Part shown: one piece after another, positions 43,901-57,315 of the stretch
Layout: each line of letters begins with the position of its first letter
Position numbering within the stretch: position 1 is the first letter of the stretch
Source: the human T2T-CHM13v2.0 reference genome, Homo sapiens
Reading direction: 5' to 3' (one strand)
Assembly (NCBI RefSeq): GCF_009914755.1
Contig: NC_060934.1
Length of the DNA stretch: 64,000 nt
Made by a program: the position numbers and the translations under genes
Notes under the pieces: generated by a model
What the model was told of the DNA's origin: nothing
Databases searched by the model: none
The model's input: only the letters and a program-made list of their open reading frames with translations

Positions 43901-46335
43901 GTCTACATAAGAAATAGAAACATGGACTTAGAACAAATTTTAATAACGAAAATCCCAGAACAAAAATCTACTGTCTTTTCACTTTTGCTTAATAATTAAG
44001 ATTACTTACTGGAGATGACAGAAGACAGTTTAATAACAGTGTACAAACACAGAATGAAAATAAAATGAATACTAATCAATTGTTAAGCTACTATAGCTCA
44101 TAAGAGGAAGAATTTAGATAGAGTCTAAGATTGAAGATTAGATGAAACTTTATGAACTTTTAATCATCAGCATTATTAAGCAGTCATGATAGGGGTCATA
44201 GCTTCTTATACACCAGGATGTATAAGAACACTTAGACTTTTCTGGATAGTGAAATGAAAAGGAAATGAATTACACATTTTTAAAGACAAATTCTATTATT
44301 TTTTCATTTTATTTAAATTTATATTTTTATATAGCATTTCAATTTTTATATGTAATTATATAATAATAATTTTATTGTTCATTTTCCAGAGTGTTAGTTT
44401 ATTGACTTACAATCCTATGCTCCATATTAAGGCCATGTTGTCCTGATATCTGTCTCTGCTGGTTCAAGGGAGTAGCCAGACACAACTTCTAAAAAATAGA
44501 CAAACACACAAAAGTAAAACCATAAACTTTTACAGCTGGAGGAGGTTTCATGGGATAAGCTATGGCATTAAGAGTCAGCACGTGATATTCATCATCTTCC
44601 TCCACTACTACTCATTCCAATTCACTCCAACCTTCAGCTCTGCTCCTGTTGGTCTAAGCTACCTGTCTGGCAAGATGACCTAGACTTTTATTTCGGAGGA
44701 ATCTGATCCCCTGGCCATCATGTGCTTCTTGGCTGTGGTTGTTTCAACTGACCACTCACAGATGTCACAAGGCATGAAAGCATCCGGAGGTGTTCCAGTA
44801 ACTCTCATGGATTCTGGACTTTCTTCTGTCTGCCCCTATACTATAGGAGTGACCCTCTATCTTCGTGATAATCAGCATAAATTCCTCCTGTCAATATAGT
44901 AATTCTTTTTTTTGTCCCTCTACTACTGGCATGAGGACCCAAATGGCCCTGTGGTAATTGACTTAGGTTTAGTGGAATCCTTTTTGTGTCCCCTGAAGGA
45001 AGAATACCACTCCCATCAGGAACTAGGATCTCTAATCCAGAAACACCTAGAGTTGCATGAATGGCAAGCACAGTCTCCAAATGACTTGATTAGAATTAAT
45101 AGAGAGAGGATCAACTTCTGTTTCCTTCCTTGGTTCCCAGATGCAGGTTTTTAACTGTCAGTGACACAGCACCATATAACAGCATCTTGTGTGATAGCAC
45201 TCCATCTCACAGGGTATCCTCTCCATACTGTGGCTTAGCTTTGCCCTTAAGAAGATTCCTTTGTTGCTCTATTAGGGTGTCAGCTTCCGGTGAGCCATTT
45301 ATGGGAAGACCAATGGAACCCACAGTCATATGTCCACTGCCCTACCTCCTTTGGTGTATAGTGGATGCCTTGAGCTGTCTGACAGTGTAGCTCAGTCACT
45401 GCAGTCAAGGGAGACAAAGCCATGCTTAAGATATGGATCATTCTCAATAAGGATGAATCATAGACAGGTAGATGGTGTCTAATGTTAGCAGCTTGTCACC
45501 AAGTGCCCAGATGGTCTCCTTGAGGGATTGTAGGGGCAGGACTTTCAGCAGCAATGGCAGCTAGAATAAGCTCGGTGAGATGCAGTTGATGGCAATTAGG
45601 CTATCCATGCTTCCATCCCTGCCAGCATGACTCCTCTGTTTATGGACAAACAAAAGGGCCATGAGAGCAGAGGCACCTAAATGAGACATCTTGTTCACCT
45701 GGTTTCCAGCCTCTTCTTGGGAATAGGCGTTCTTTGGTGGCCACTGACATGCAATACAGTGTTCTGCACACTTTGTGTTCATGTCATAGGTCCATCCACA
45801 TACCTCTCCTCAGCTCTCCTCTCCAAGCCACTCACCACTCCCTGGAGTCCATGTGTATTCCTACCTCGGACAACTTCTCCCTCCAAACAAAACACATGAT
45901 CATACGTACTACTCAAAGCACTGCTACTGAGAAGATTTCTCCTAATCACCATATTTCAAGGGCACCCCTGATAGGTCATTAGTGCAATAGCAGCTATTTA
46001 TACCCTTGCATTGACAAACAAGCTCACCTGCCTATCAGCTGGCAATGGTGTAAAGTGAGGTAAGGCATTAATGTGACGTCAGACGTGGAATCTGAGCCAC
46101 TTGTTTCTGTAACTTATGTGTACTCTCAGGACCTGCTTGGAACCAATTCTGGATGAGTCATTTCCACTGCATAGTGGATCACTATTGTGCCTACTTCACC
46201 TTATGACTTAGGGTTATGCCAATACCAGCTCATGATGAATAACTCAGGTGCCATCATCGATTCATGTTGCCTGGTTGAGTCTTCATTATCTCTTTGGGGA
46301 CTGTAGCATGTTAGTAGTTGCCTATTAAATTACAT

Positions 46336-46632
46336 GGCCGGGGCAGGCCCGGTGGCTCACACCTGTAATCCCAGCACTTTGGGAGGCCAAGGCAGGCAGA
46401 TCACGAGGTCAGGAGTTCAAGACCAGCCTGGCCAACATAGTGAAACCCCCTCTCTACTAAAAATATAAAAATAAGCCAGGTGTGGTGGCGGGCACCTGTA
46501 GTCCCAGCTACTCAGGAGGCTGAAGCAGGCAAATCACTTGAACCCGGGAGGCAGCGGAGGTTGCAGTGAGTCGAGATTGTGCCATTGCACTCCAAACTGG
46601 GTGACAGAGCAAGACTCCATCTCAAAAAAAAA
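46336..46632 (+). mobile_element. AluS (Sg/Sx-like) inside ERVL-int
   Basis: Full dimeric Alu with short A tail. Confidence 0.95.
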
Positions 46633-46700
46633 TGTATATGACCCAGCTTCAGAATCCTGTAGTTCTCTACCACCACTCCCCTACCTAGATTTTTATCTAC

Positions 46701-47131
46701 TGTGTTGGTCAAAATTGTCGAGAACAAATAGTGTGGATGGACAGATGGAAGGATGGGTGGGTAGATGAACAGACAGATAAAAGATAGATAAGAGGAGAAA
46801 TAGATTTTAAGGAACTGATACACACAGGCAATGGTGGGCCTGGCAAGTCAAAATGTGTTGGTCAGCCCCAAAATTCAAGTAGAATTTCTATGTTGCAGTA
46901 TTGAGGCAGAATTTCCTCTTCCTCAGGAAGCCCAGTTTTTGTTCTTAAGGTGTTCAGTTGATTGGATGAGGCCTTCTCAAATCATGGGAAGTAATATGTT
47001 TTACTTCAAGTCAACTAATTGTAAATGTGGAAATTTAATACAGAAAATACATTCACAGCAACATTTAGACTAGTGTTTGACCAAACAACTGGGCACCATA
47101 CCCTAGCCAAACTGACATAAAATTAATCATG
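46701..47131 (-). mobile_element. MLT2C/D-like ERVL solo LTR inserted in ERVL-int
   Basis: GGAT/GATA tract; cagcaacatttagactagtgtttgaccaaacaactgggcaccataccctagccaaactgaca. Confidence 0.85.
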
Positions 47132-48540
47132 AGATCCACTATTTATAGCTATAAAACCTTCGCATTTATCAGGCTACATAATCTATGCAGAAGAACTCTT
47201 ACATCTTCTATCAAAGTTCTCCCTAGGATAGTCTGCTAAGTAGCCTTAAGGAAGGACTGGGGAAGTTAAGTTGTACTCTATATGCTTTCTGTCACATATC
47301 AGGGCTCTTCCTTTGGGGCCTCAGATTCTCTTTCAACAGAAGGGCTCTGGGTTTGAGAATTTGCTCAGGTCTAGAATCAGAGGAAGAGCTCATGATTGTC
47401 AAACTGTAACAGTTGATATCTGCCTTCTGCTTCCTTGTCCTTGATATCTTGTTTCTGTTATGAAATCAAGTCATGCCTTTGCTGCTGGTCCACCAGTCTC
47501 ACACCTTGGAACACTGTGGTCAGTTAGCCATCACCACAGAGCTTTGTGAGTCAAGACCCCAGGAGCCATTCTGGCTTTGCTGCATGTGACAGTGAATATG
47601 TCCATCTAGCTTCAGGTGGCGAAAGGCTGTCACTTGGCCTTGAATATTTTAGAATCTTCTCATCCAAATGACATCTATGGATGCCCAGTTTCAAAGGACA
47701 TCTAGGGATCTCCCAGTATCAAACCTGACCCACAAAGGACAGTCACCCCCGAGCTCTCTCCATATATAAAATAAGATTGAAGACGAAAAGAAGTATGTCA
47801 CTGGTTAATATTTCTGTGACAAAGGTACGATTTAAACACCTGGCTGAGTGTGGAGAAAATGATTCATTGGCTATTATAAAGTGAGTTGGGAGTGCTTCTA
47901 TTCTATGTCTGGAGAGGTTCCTAAGATATTCCTCTCCCCTGAAACCAAGAAGAAGTTACTGCTTACTGTCTCTCCTCATTTGCTAGCTGAAGGATCACAT
48001 TTTCTTTCCCAAGTAGCATCTAACTGGTAGCATATACAGTGATAAAAATTGGTTAGGTATGGAGTGTGAAGGCAATTTTAATACTGAATTTATTTAGTTC
48101 GGAACATTTCTTTTTGTACATGTAAGTGTAACTTAAACAAATCAATTCCGACTGATTAAACTCACTTTACATGGATAATGTACCGTGGACACTCTTTCTA
48201 CTCGGGTGCTTTCCCCAAAGATCACAGGAAGAGCATTTAGATGTTCCTTTTGCATGTCACCCTGAAACACACAAAATCCAACAGATTCAAAAGGAAACAT
48301 TGCATTAAATTAATTCAGCTTCAAGTTCAAAGGCTCATCATGTATGATAAACAAAACCAAAGGAAATGATAAGATGCAGTGTCACATTTCATTTAATATC
48401 TAAATCCACTCACAACAAGGTAATATTTAATTCACCAGAGCCTTGCTATCTGCTCATATGGCATAGCCTCTTAGGGAAAGAAAAAAACTCAAAGAACCTG
48501 GAGCTGGCAAATATAATGTGAAGTTATGAATGATTTAGAG

Positions 48541-48719
48541 CAGCGGTTCTCAACCTTGGCTGAACTTTATAATCACCTGCGGAGCTAGTAAAATCCCCAG
48601 TTCTCTGGCCTCACCTGAGACTAATTAATTCAGAATTTCAGGGGTGAAGACCCAGGCATCAATATTTCTTTAAAGCTCCCCAGGTAATTCTCCTGCACGA
48701 GCAAGGCTGAGATCCTCTG
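48541..48719. mobile_element. MER5B-like hAT MITE
   Basis: cagcggttctcaaccttggctg…gctgagatcctctg; 8-bp TSD atttagag. Confidence 0.8.
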
Positions 48720-48727
48720 ATTTAGAG

Positions 48728-48902
48728 AGTGGTTCTCACAGGGTTGGTAGCCTTCAATGCAGCTGGAGGGCTTGTTTAAGCTCAGATTACTGGATCCCAT
48801 CCCTAGAATTGTGGCATGAGTAGGTCTGTAAATTGTATTTTAAACAAATTCTCAGGTGATGTTCTTGCTGCTGGTCCAGGGACCACACTTTGAGAACAAT
48901 TA
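48728..48902. mobile_element. MER5A-like hAT MITE
   Basis: agtggttctca…gctgctggtccagggaccacactttgagaac. Confidence 0.8.
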
Positions 48903-49500
48903 TTTTAGAAGAATCCAGTAAACCTCAGAGAGGAAGTAAATCCTGAGGGACTGCCATTGATGTGGTCATATAAGAAAGATAAAACATGCTCCTCAGCAAT
49001 TCTATGGGAAAACAAAACAAAGCTAATCATCTATATGTGAGTTATCTAGAAAGATAAGCTGGTCTAAATAAATAAATGTTCCAGTTATGGAAAACTGAAG
49101 TCCTGTAGAAGGAAAAATTCAACAAGCATGAGAATTTAAATATGAGTGTATGCCTGAAAAGGAGAGAAGAACATGATTCTGATTTATAATATTTTAACCG
49201 AATAAGAAAAGGAGGAAAATCTAAGTTTTAATTAAGTAGGCACTCTCAGGAACAATTTTATAAGTGGCTTCTATTATGAGCATTAGTGGAACAAAACAAA
49301 CCAGCAAATATGCCTCTAATAATAATGATGATGATGATAAATTTAAATTGGTCTTGGAATATATTGCACAAGCTACATTTGACTTCTTGTGTTTTCATGT
49401 TCTGTAAATGTAAACTGTTCTGTAAATCTGAAATATTGCATAACATATAACTAAGCCTCAAACAGAAGAGGAACTGTTTTATGTATTGTTCTGCTCTATG

Positions 49501-49861
49501 TGAATTTGTCCGTTTTCACGCTGTGGATAAAGACATACCAGAGACTGGGTAATTTATAAAGAAAAACAGGTTTAATGGACTCACAGTTCCACATGGCTGG
49601 GGATGCCTCACAATCATGGGGAAAGGCGAAAGGTATGTCTTACGTGGTGGCAGACGAGAGAACGGAGAACCAAGTGAAAGGGGTTTCCCCTTATAAAACC
49701 ATCAAATCTCGTGAAACTTGTTCACCACCACAAGAATAGTATGGGGGAAACTGCGCCCATGATTCAATGATCTCCTACTTGTTCCTTCCCACCACACGTG
49801 GGGATTATGGGAGCTACAATTCAAGATGAGATTTGGGTGGAGACACAGCCAAACCATAGCA
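49501..49861 (-). mobile_element. THE1B/C solo LTR
   Basis: gtccgttttcacgctg…gagatttgggtggagacacagccaaaccatagca; perfect 5-bp TSD ctatg. Confidence 0.92.
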
Positions 49862-50003
49862 CTATGCTAATACCAAGAATGAATAGCATTATCAGTATGG
49901 CGCCTGCCACAAAGTAAACCCAGGGAAGAGAGCCATTAAGCACATGCTGATGGATGGATAGACAGCTGTGTATGGGAATAGATGTTTTCATCTTGAACTT
50001 TGA

Positions 50004-50047
50004 GGTTGGTTGGTTGGTTGATTGGTTGGTTGGTTGGTTAGTTGGTT
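50004..50047. repeat. (TTGG)n microsatellite
   Basis: Seen directly. Confidence 0.9.
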
Positions 50048-50279
50048 TTCTGGCACATATTATGTACGAATGTGATGTGATTTAGTCCAGGGAACTCTAA
50101 ACTGGTTCTCAAAAGAAGACTTCCTGGACTTGCCTTCTCTGTCACCCAGTCCACAATGTCATTGATGTTCATCAGGAAAGCCAGAATCTCAGGGAGGACA
50201 ACCTGACAGAGTCTACCTATAGGGAAGTGACAATGAGACAAGACAGGCACAGAACTCTTTGCTGTGAGAGAATCCACGC

Positions 50280-50766
50280 TGTTGGGAGACAGTTCTCCAT
50301 GGGTCTCTGTACTTCTGCACATCTTATAAACAGAGACACTGGCAACTTCTGCTTCAGACTATCTTTTCAGGGATGTTTGTGTAGTGAAGACAGATTGTTT
50401 CCAGGAGAAGGCAGATTTGTTTGCCCACTAATATGATAAAGATAATGGCTCCCTCTGGGGCAAAGATGGGAGAGGCTTGATGGTGGCCCTTTTAAAAGAT
50501 TGGGGTTTCCTAGGTTTGGGGTTCCTCAATTCTGACACAAACCCAGTGTATGAGCAGAAGCTGCCTGGTCCTACAGTCAAAATGATGTCCAAAGGAAGAG
50601 GAACTGGTGTTAGCACGGAGCTCTGCTGGCTACGGTATTGTGAGTGATAAAATCCTTTCTCTTTGATGCAGGAGGTTGGAGTCTTCTGCTGACATCAAGG
50701 AAGCTGTGTCAGGCTAACTTGTTGGCTTAAAGTAAGTTAAATTTCAGACCTTTCACTGTGTTAACA
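50280..50766 (+). mobile_element. LTR40-like ERVL solo LTR
   Basis: tgttgggagacagttctccatgggtctct…gataaagataatggctccctctggggcaaag…ttaaca. Confidence 0.75.
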
Positions 50767-50769
50767 AAT

Positions 50770-51170
50770 ATCAAAGCAACATCTGTGCATGCGTGGTTAA
50801 TGTGACTATGTCGTAACAAAAGAAAAGTAGGGAAAAAAAACAAACTATGAATAGGGGCCATGTTGTTAAAGAAATTACGCTACAGCCCAACAATGGAACA
50901 CTATATTGCCTTAAAGAAGAATGTCATAGACATGTTGATACCAACATGGAAATAAATTCAAGATATTTTGTTACGTTAGCAAATATATTATATATTACAT
51001 TGAAATTATTATAAAGAAATTAAACTGAAAGTATTTACCCTAAACTACTGCCAATGCTTCTTGGAATTTTAGGAAAAATTTAGTTTTGTTTTTTGTATTT
51101 TGCAATTATTGCATTGTTTACTACACAACTTCTTTTCCATTTCAAAAATAATGAAGACAACTCTTAAAAG
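50770..51170 (+). mobile_element. L1ME 3' fragment
   Basis: acaatggaacactatattgcc…aacatggaaataaattcaagata. Confidence 0.5.
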
Positions 51171-51209
51171 TGCATTTTAAAATGACTTAAATAAAGGTTA
51201 ATGACAAAC

Positions 51210-51625
51210 TGAGAACATAGTTTCCAGAAGCAAAGACTCCATTTCCCCTTCACAAAAAATCGCTGTCATGTGACCGTGTTCCTGTCAATGAAGTATTAGC
51301 AGATGTGTCCCGTGTGCCTTCCACTGAGTATATTTGGAGGGACAAAGCCTGTCTTTTTTGCCCCTTCCTTTTCCCAGGAATGCAGACTGGATGGCTGGAA
51401 CATGGGCAACTAACGGGGCCATGAAGCAAAAGCCACATGTTGAGGATGGCAGAGGTAAAAAAAAAAAATCAAGAGACTTTGGAATCCCAACAGCACACAG
51501 TGCCATGCCTGCATAGCTTTTCCTGAATCCAGACTTCCAGAACAAGAGAGAAAAATGAACTTCAATTGCTTTTAGCTACTGTTATTTTAAACTGTGGGCT
51601 ACTCTAAGCTGAGCCATACTGTAAA
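51210..51625 (+). mobile_element. MLT1J-like solo LTR
   Basis: gtcatgtgacc…ggaatgcagactggatggctgga…gaggatggcagag…gagagaaaaatgaacttc. Confidence 0.65.
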
Positions 51626-52616
51626 GGTTACAATGGCAAAGGATCAGGCCTCTATTTCAAACATTGGTTCCTAGGATGTTGGCAGAATAAACATAAATGC
51701 AGTAAGAATATCATAACTAGCATACGACTTCGGAAGGAGAAGAGAAATACTCCGTCATAATTTCTGAAGTCCTAGCAGGACTCTGAGGCTTCTATCACTG
51801 TTTACAGAAATCTAATATCCTGCTGATATCATGACAGAAGAAGTTGAAAAGGCCTCTTTTGAAGCTGTCTTCCAGAATGTAGGAAGTGAATCACACTTCT
51901 CCATTCATTAAACAGGTTGCATTAACTTCCTAGAAGACCAGAAAATTAATACAGAATAGAGGAGCCTACCTCCCAGTGAAAGGACATTTAATTAGTAGAT
52001 CTATGAGAGTTACTTTCCTAGCTAGAGTTTTTCAATTTGGAACTTTTCTGAACAGCTATTACACAATCTTAACAAGAATGTACAGAAAATCAATAAACTG
52101 AAAAGTTCAATGTAGTATAATATGACTAAACTTGGAAATATTGTGCAATGCGGCATTATACTGAGCTAATCCTAGCAGATTCTTTTCTTGTTACTACAAT
52201 CCCTCCTAATGCATTATAGTCCTCAGGTAATGTACTTTTACTTTAAGGCAAAGTCATTTCTGTGCAGCAGGGAGTGATCCCTTGAGGAAATTTGATCTCA
52301 AGTCTTTTTTTTTTTTATTTAAGGCAAAATGAATGTCAGGTAAAATGTCTAGATAACCCCTTGAAAACTCAGAACTCATGCACACTGAATAATTGCTATG
52401 TGAAGTAAAGAATGAGTAAATGCATGAAATAGCAAATACAGCAGGATTGTTTTCAGATCAGTAAACTGTGCATAGGTTATGCAATGCTAGGACTAAGACC
52501 ATTCTGGAGCGCAGGAGTGTATGATTTTTCCCATGGATTTGTGAAGGAGAGATCAGCTTTTAAGATTTCTTTTAGTGGGGAGGGGAGTTCTTTTTATTCT
52601 TTGAATTTGGGAGTTG

Positions 52617-53022
52617 GATCTCAAGATCATCCTGTAATAGTCAATGGGTCCTAAATCCAATGGCATGTGTCCTTTTAAAAGACTCACAAAGTAGGCCAAC
52701 CAAAGAGAAAGAAGCAGTGTAACTATGGAGGCAGAGATTGGAGTGATGTAGCCACAAGCTGAGGAATGCCAGCCACCACCATTAGCTGGAAGAGGCAAGG
52801 AATGAAAGACAATTTCCCCTAGAACCTCTGGAGAGAGTGTGCCCCTGCTGACCCCTGCAGTTTGGACTTCTGGCCTCCAGAACTCTGAGAGAATACATTT
52901 CTCTTGCATTCAGCAACAGGTTTGTCATCATCTGTTCTGGAAGTCACAGAAATCTAATCCACCCATGACACCCATGAAGTAGATACCATCTTTATTCACA
53001 TTTTACAGACAAGGAAACAAAA
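52617..53022 (+). repeat. Local duplicate of 54217-54616 (MLT1C 3' part plus MIR flank)
   Basis: Colinear, high-identity copy flanked by ~72-bp direct repeats (52544-52616 / 53021-53092). Confidence 0.92.
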
Positions 53023-54111
53023 GGAGAGATCAGCTCTTAAGATTTTTTTTGAGGGGGATGGAGTTCATTTTATTCTTTGAATTTTGGAGTTGTTGAATTT
53101 AACCTGCCTCTAAAACTGGCATGCTTGTCAATTTCATCCATGTGTGACTTTATGAATAACTGGAAATTCAAATGCTCTCAGTTGTGGATGATTTCTTTCT
53201 TCTTTCTCATCTATCAATAACAACCCCCCAAAATGTTAAGAAAATCTTGAAGTATTCTATTCAAAATGTTCATCTGTTTGTAAATTAGTGTAGCCATGCC
53301 ATTGGCTAGATCTCAAGATCGTCCAGGCCCACTCAGTGTGATGCCCCTTGATACAGAATGGACAAAGAAGCCAGGGTTTCACAGGCCCACCTATTAGGAT
53401 AAGTCAGGAACTAAATTAGCTGGTCCAGCTTTTGGAACTGACAGCGGAGAGGTCAGAAGGGAAAAATACATCATGTGTGGGGTAGAGTTGACTCAGATCA
53501 TGACTACCACTGGTGTCTCCCTCATAAGGCAGACAAGCAGAAACATCTGGAGGTTTGGTTCTGGCCAAAGAAAAAGAACAGTCAGAATGTGGAATGCAAA
53601 GTATACAATTATTTCAAATCATAGCTGGAGGTATCCAGAAGTATGGTCCAAGTGACTATAGGTCGGGAGTAGTTGTCCAGAACCTGGAAAAGAGACTGAA
53701 AAGGTGAGACAGCCAAGAAGACAGGCATTCTCAGGCAGGCCATCAGAGAGAGGCTCTGGAACAGGGACAGGAGAGATGCTCCCTCAAACTCAACTGGTAC
53801 AACTTGAAGAATCCTGCTCCAGAAACCCCAACATCGAAACGGAAGTTACCTTTGGTTGGGAAACAATGAAAGACCCCAGTGGAAACTGAATCCTGAGACT
53901 TGGGACTCAATATGGCAACTTAAAGAAAATGAGAAGACTTCAAAAAGTAAGTTGAAAAAAAAACCAAGGGAAAAAAGTAGAAGGGAGAAGGAAAAGAAAA
54001 GGAGGGAGAGTGGGAGAATTAAAGGAGAAATATTTAATAATCCTTTATTACAGGCAAGAAATTGTTCCAGCTATTCTACTTGTATTCACTCATTGAATCT
54101 TTACAACCCCA

Positions 54112-54563
54112 TTTTAGTGAGTTGAATGGTGCCCCAAAGAGATATATAATGTTCTAATTCCCAGAACCCATTCATTTTACACTATTTGAAAAAAAAATCT
54201 TTACATATATAATTAAGGATCTCGAGATCATCCTGAAATAGTCAATGGGCCCTAAAGCCAATGGTAAGTGTCCTTTTAAGGGACTCACACAGGAGGCCAA
54301 CAGAAGAGAAAGAAGCAGTCTAACTATGGAGGCAGAGATTGGAGTGATGCAGCCACAAGCTGAGGAATGCCAGCCACCACCATTAGCTGGAGGAGGCAAG
54401 GAATGAAAGATGATTTCCCCTAGAGCCTCTGGAGGGAGTGTGCCCCTGCTGACTCCGGCAGTTTGGACTTCTGGCCTCCAGAACTCTGAGACAATAATAC
54501 ATTTCTCTTGCATTCAGCAACAGGTTTCTATCATTTGTTCTGGCAGACACAGAAATCTAATCC
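54112..54563 (+). mobile_element. MLT1C solo LTR inserted in an antisense MIR (~54035-54727)
   Basis: tagtgagttgaatggtgccccaaagagatat…aaggatctcgagatcatcctg…aaatctaatcca; MIR sequence on both sides. Confidence 0.85.
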
Positions 54564-56040
54564 ACCCATAAGGTAGATACCATCCTTATTCACATTTTAC
54601 ACACAAGGAAACAAAACCTCAGGTGGAGAGAGATGCCCAAGGTTATCCAGCTAAAAAGTGGCAGGATGAGAACTGGAAGGAATTCATGCAGTCTGGGTCC
54701 AGAACCCACACCCTCAACCCCTATACTAACTAGATCATTGATTCACAAAACAGGAGAATTACTCAATGTATCATCTCATGCTGTAAGGAAGCTGGAGCTG
54801 CCTCCCTGCTTTCATCATGGCCAGAAAACAACACAGGCTGGAACTTGCAAGCTGTTAGTGACTTTAGCCAAGAAACTGGGAAAATAAAAAATGAAGAAAT
54901 GATGCAGGCAGGAACACTACTGCTCCAACAATGAAACATCTCTTAGGAGCTCTCTTATTATCCTATCTGCCTAACATAATCAAAGAAGATTTAGATTAAT
55001 AAGCATGATGATTGGGTTGTAATCCACAGCCAGATAATGATAAAACTATGAATCCAATATAACGTTTTAAAAAATACCAAAAATAGTATGATTATATAGA
55101 TGTATCATCTCCTTTGTCAGAAATACAGTTTATCTCAACATTACTGAATAGACTCAGGAAAGGATAAAAAATATGTACGTCACTTCTGTATCCAAAATAG
55201 AAGTAAAGATTAGAAATAAGATGTTATACCAGAACTGAAACAGATGGACTGGGAATTATGGGGCATGAACAGCACAGGTATGGAGCTCTGTGTGAAGATT
55301 CAGGAGCCCTGCAAGGAAGTGCAGAGGGAAGTCGTGAACCTCATGTGTAACTCAGCTCTCCTTAGAAGCCATCTGCTCCCTCGAGACATTTTTTTTCTCT
55401 TATTCCTTCTTCATCATGTCCTGGGCCACATAATATACCTCCTTATCTTTTGATATTCATGTTCATGAGTTGGGGAGTGGCCAATGGTTACTGGTAGCTA
55501 TTTAACAACCTAGCTCCCCACAACCAGAAATCCCAACATGTAGTGTTTGCCAATGCCTATGGTGTAAATACTCCCACCATGGTAAATTCACGCTACCCAA
55601 ATGCCATAGCTGAACCATCACCCACCATTATATACTGTTGCCACCATACGGATACACTAGGCATGAATAACCTCAGAACATGTATAATGGTAAAACGTAC
55701 TAAAATAATCAGAAAGTGATATTCTGAGGATTTGTTACTTCTGTTATTTAATACGACTTATTTTATTATGCTTATATAATTTTTGATTTTTGTGGGTACA
55801 TAGTAGGTGCATATATTTATGGGGCACATGAGATGTTTTGGTACAGACGTGCAATGCGTAATAATCACATCATAGAGAACGGGGTCTCCATCCCCTCAAG
55901 CATTTATCCTCAGTGTCACAAACAACTAAGGGTTTTGGTTATAACACTAAGGTGCTCGAGTATAATCAATTATACCCTTTAGCTGTTTTAAAACGTACAA
56001 TTATTATTGACTATAGTCACCCTGTTTTGCTATGAAATAA

Positions 56041-56481
<441 letters not shown>

Positions 56482-57004
56482 TGATTTTATTTTTAGATCC
56501 CACAAATAAGCGACATGTAAAGTGATAGGTAATGTTCTCACTTATTTGTGGAATGTTTGTCTTTCTGTGTCTGGGTTATTTCACTTAACCTATGATCTCC
56601 AGTTTCCCTCATGTTGTTGTGAATGACAGGATCTCACTCTTTTTAGTGGCTGAACAGTACTCCATCATGTATATGTACCACATTTTCTTTATCCGTTCAT
56701 CTATTGATGGACACTTAGGTTGCTTCCAAATCTTGGCTATTGTGAACAGTGCTGCAACACTGCAGATATCTCAATATACTGATTGCCTTTCTTTAGGGTA
56801 CACACCCAGCAGTGGGATTGCTGGGTCATATAGTAGCTCTGTTTTTAGTGTTTTAGGGGACCTCCAAACTGTTCTCCATAGTGGTTGCACTAATTTACAT
56901 TCCTACCAAAACCGTACAAGGATTCCCCTTTCTCCACATCCTCACCAGCATTGGTTATTGTCTGTCTTTTGGATATAAACTACTTTAACTGGGGTGAGAT
57001 GATG

Positions 57005-57315
<311 letters not shown>

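Larger units (their letters stand above)
44530..47600 (-). mobile_element. Decayed ERV-L internal region (gag, RNase H, integrase, dUTPase remnants)
   Basis: Minus-strand peptides: dUTPase-like GLEILVPDGSGILPSGDTKRIPLNL…LPQGHLG…KKRITILTGGIYADY (44841-45080); RNase H/IN junction EEAGNQVNKMS…HKQRSHAGRDG (45561-45782); gag-like LTHKALW*WLTDHSVPR (~47490-47555). Confidence 0.85.

Noticed and set aside
52553-54513. Two similar ~115-aa ORFs (MQEKCI…SEFWRPEVQTAGVSRG…) that look like a paralogous gene pair
   Set aside because: Both are antisense readings of the duplicated MLT1C LTR. The DNA duplication explains the similarity and there is no recognisable domain.
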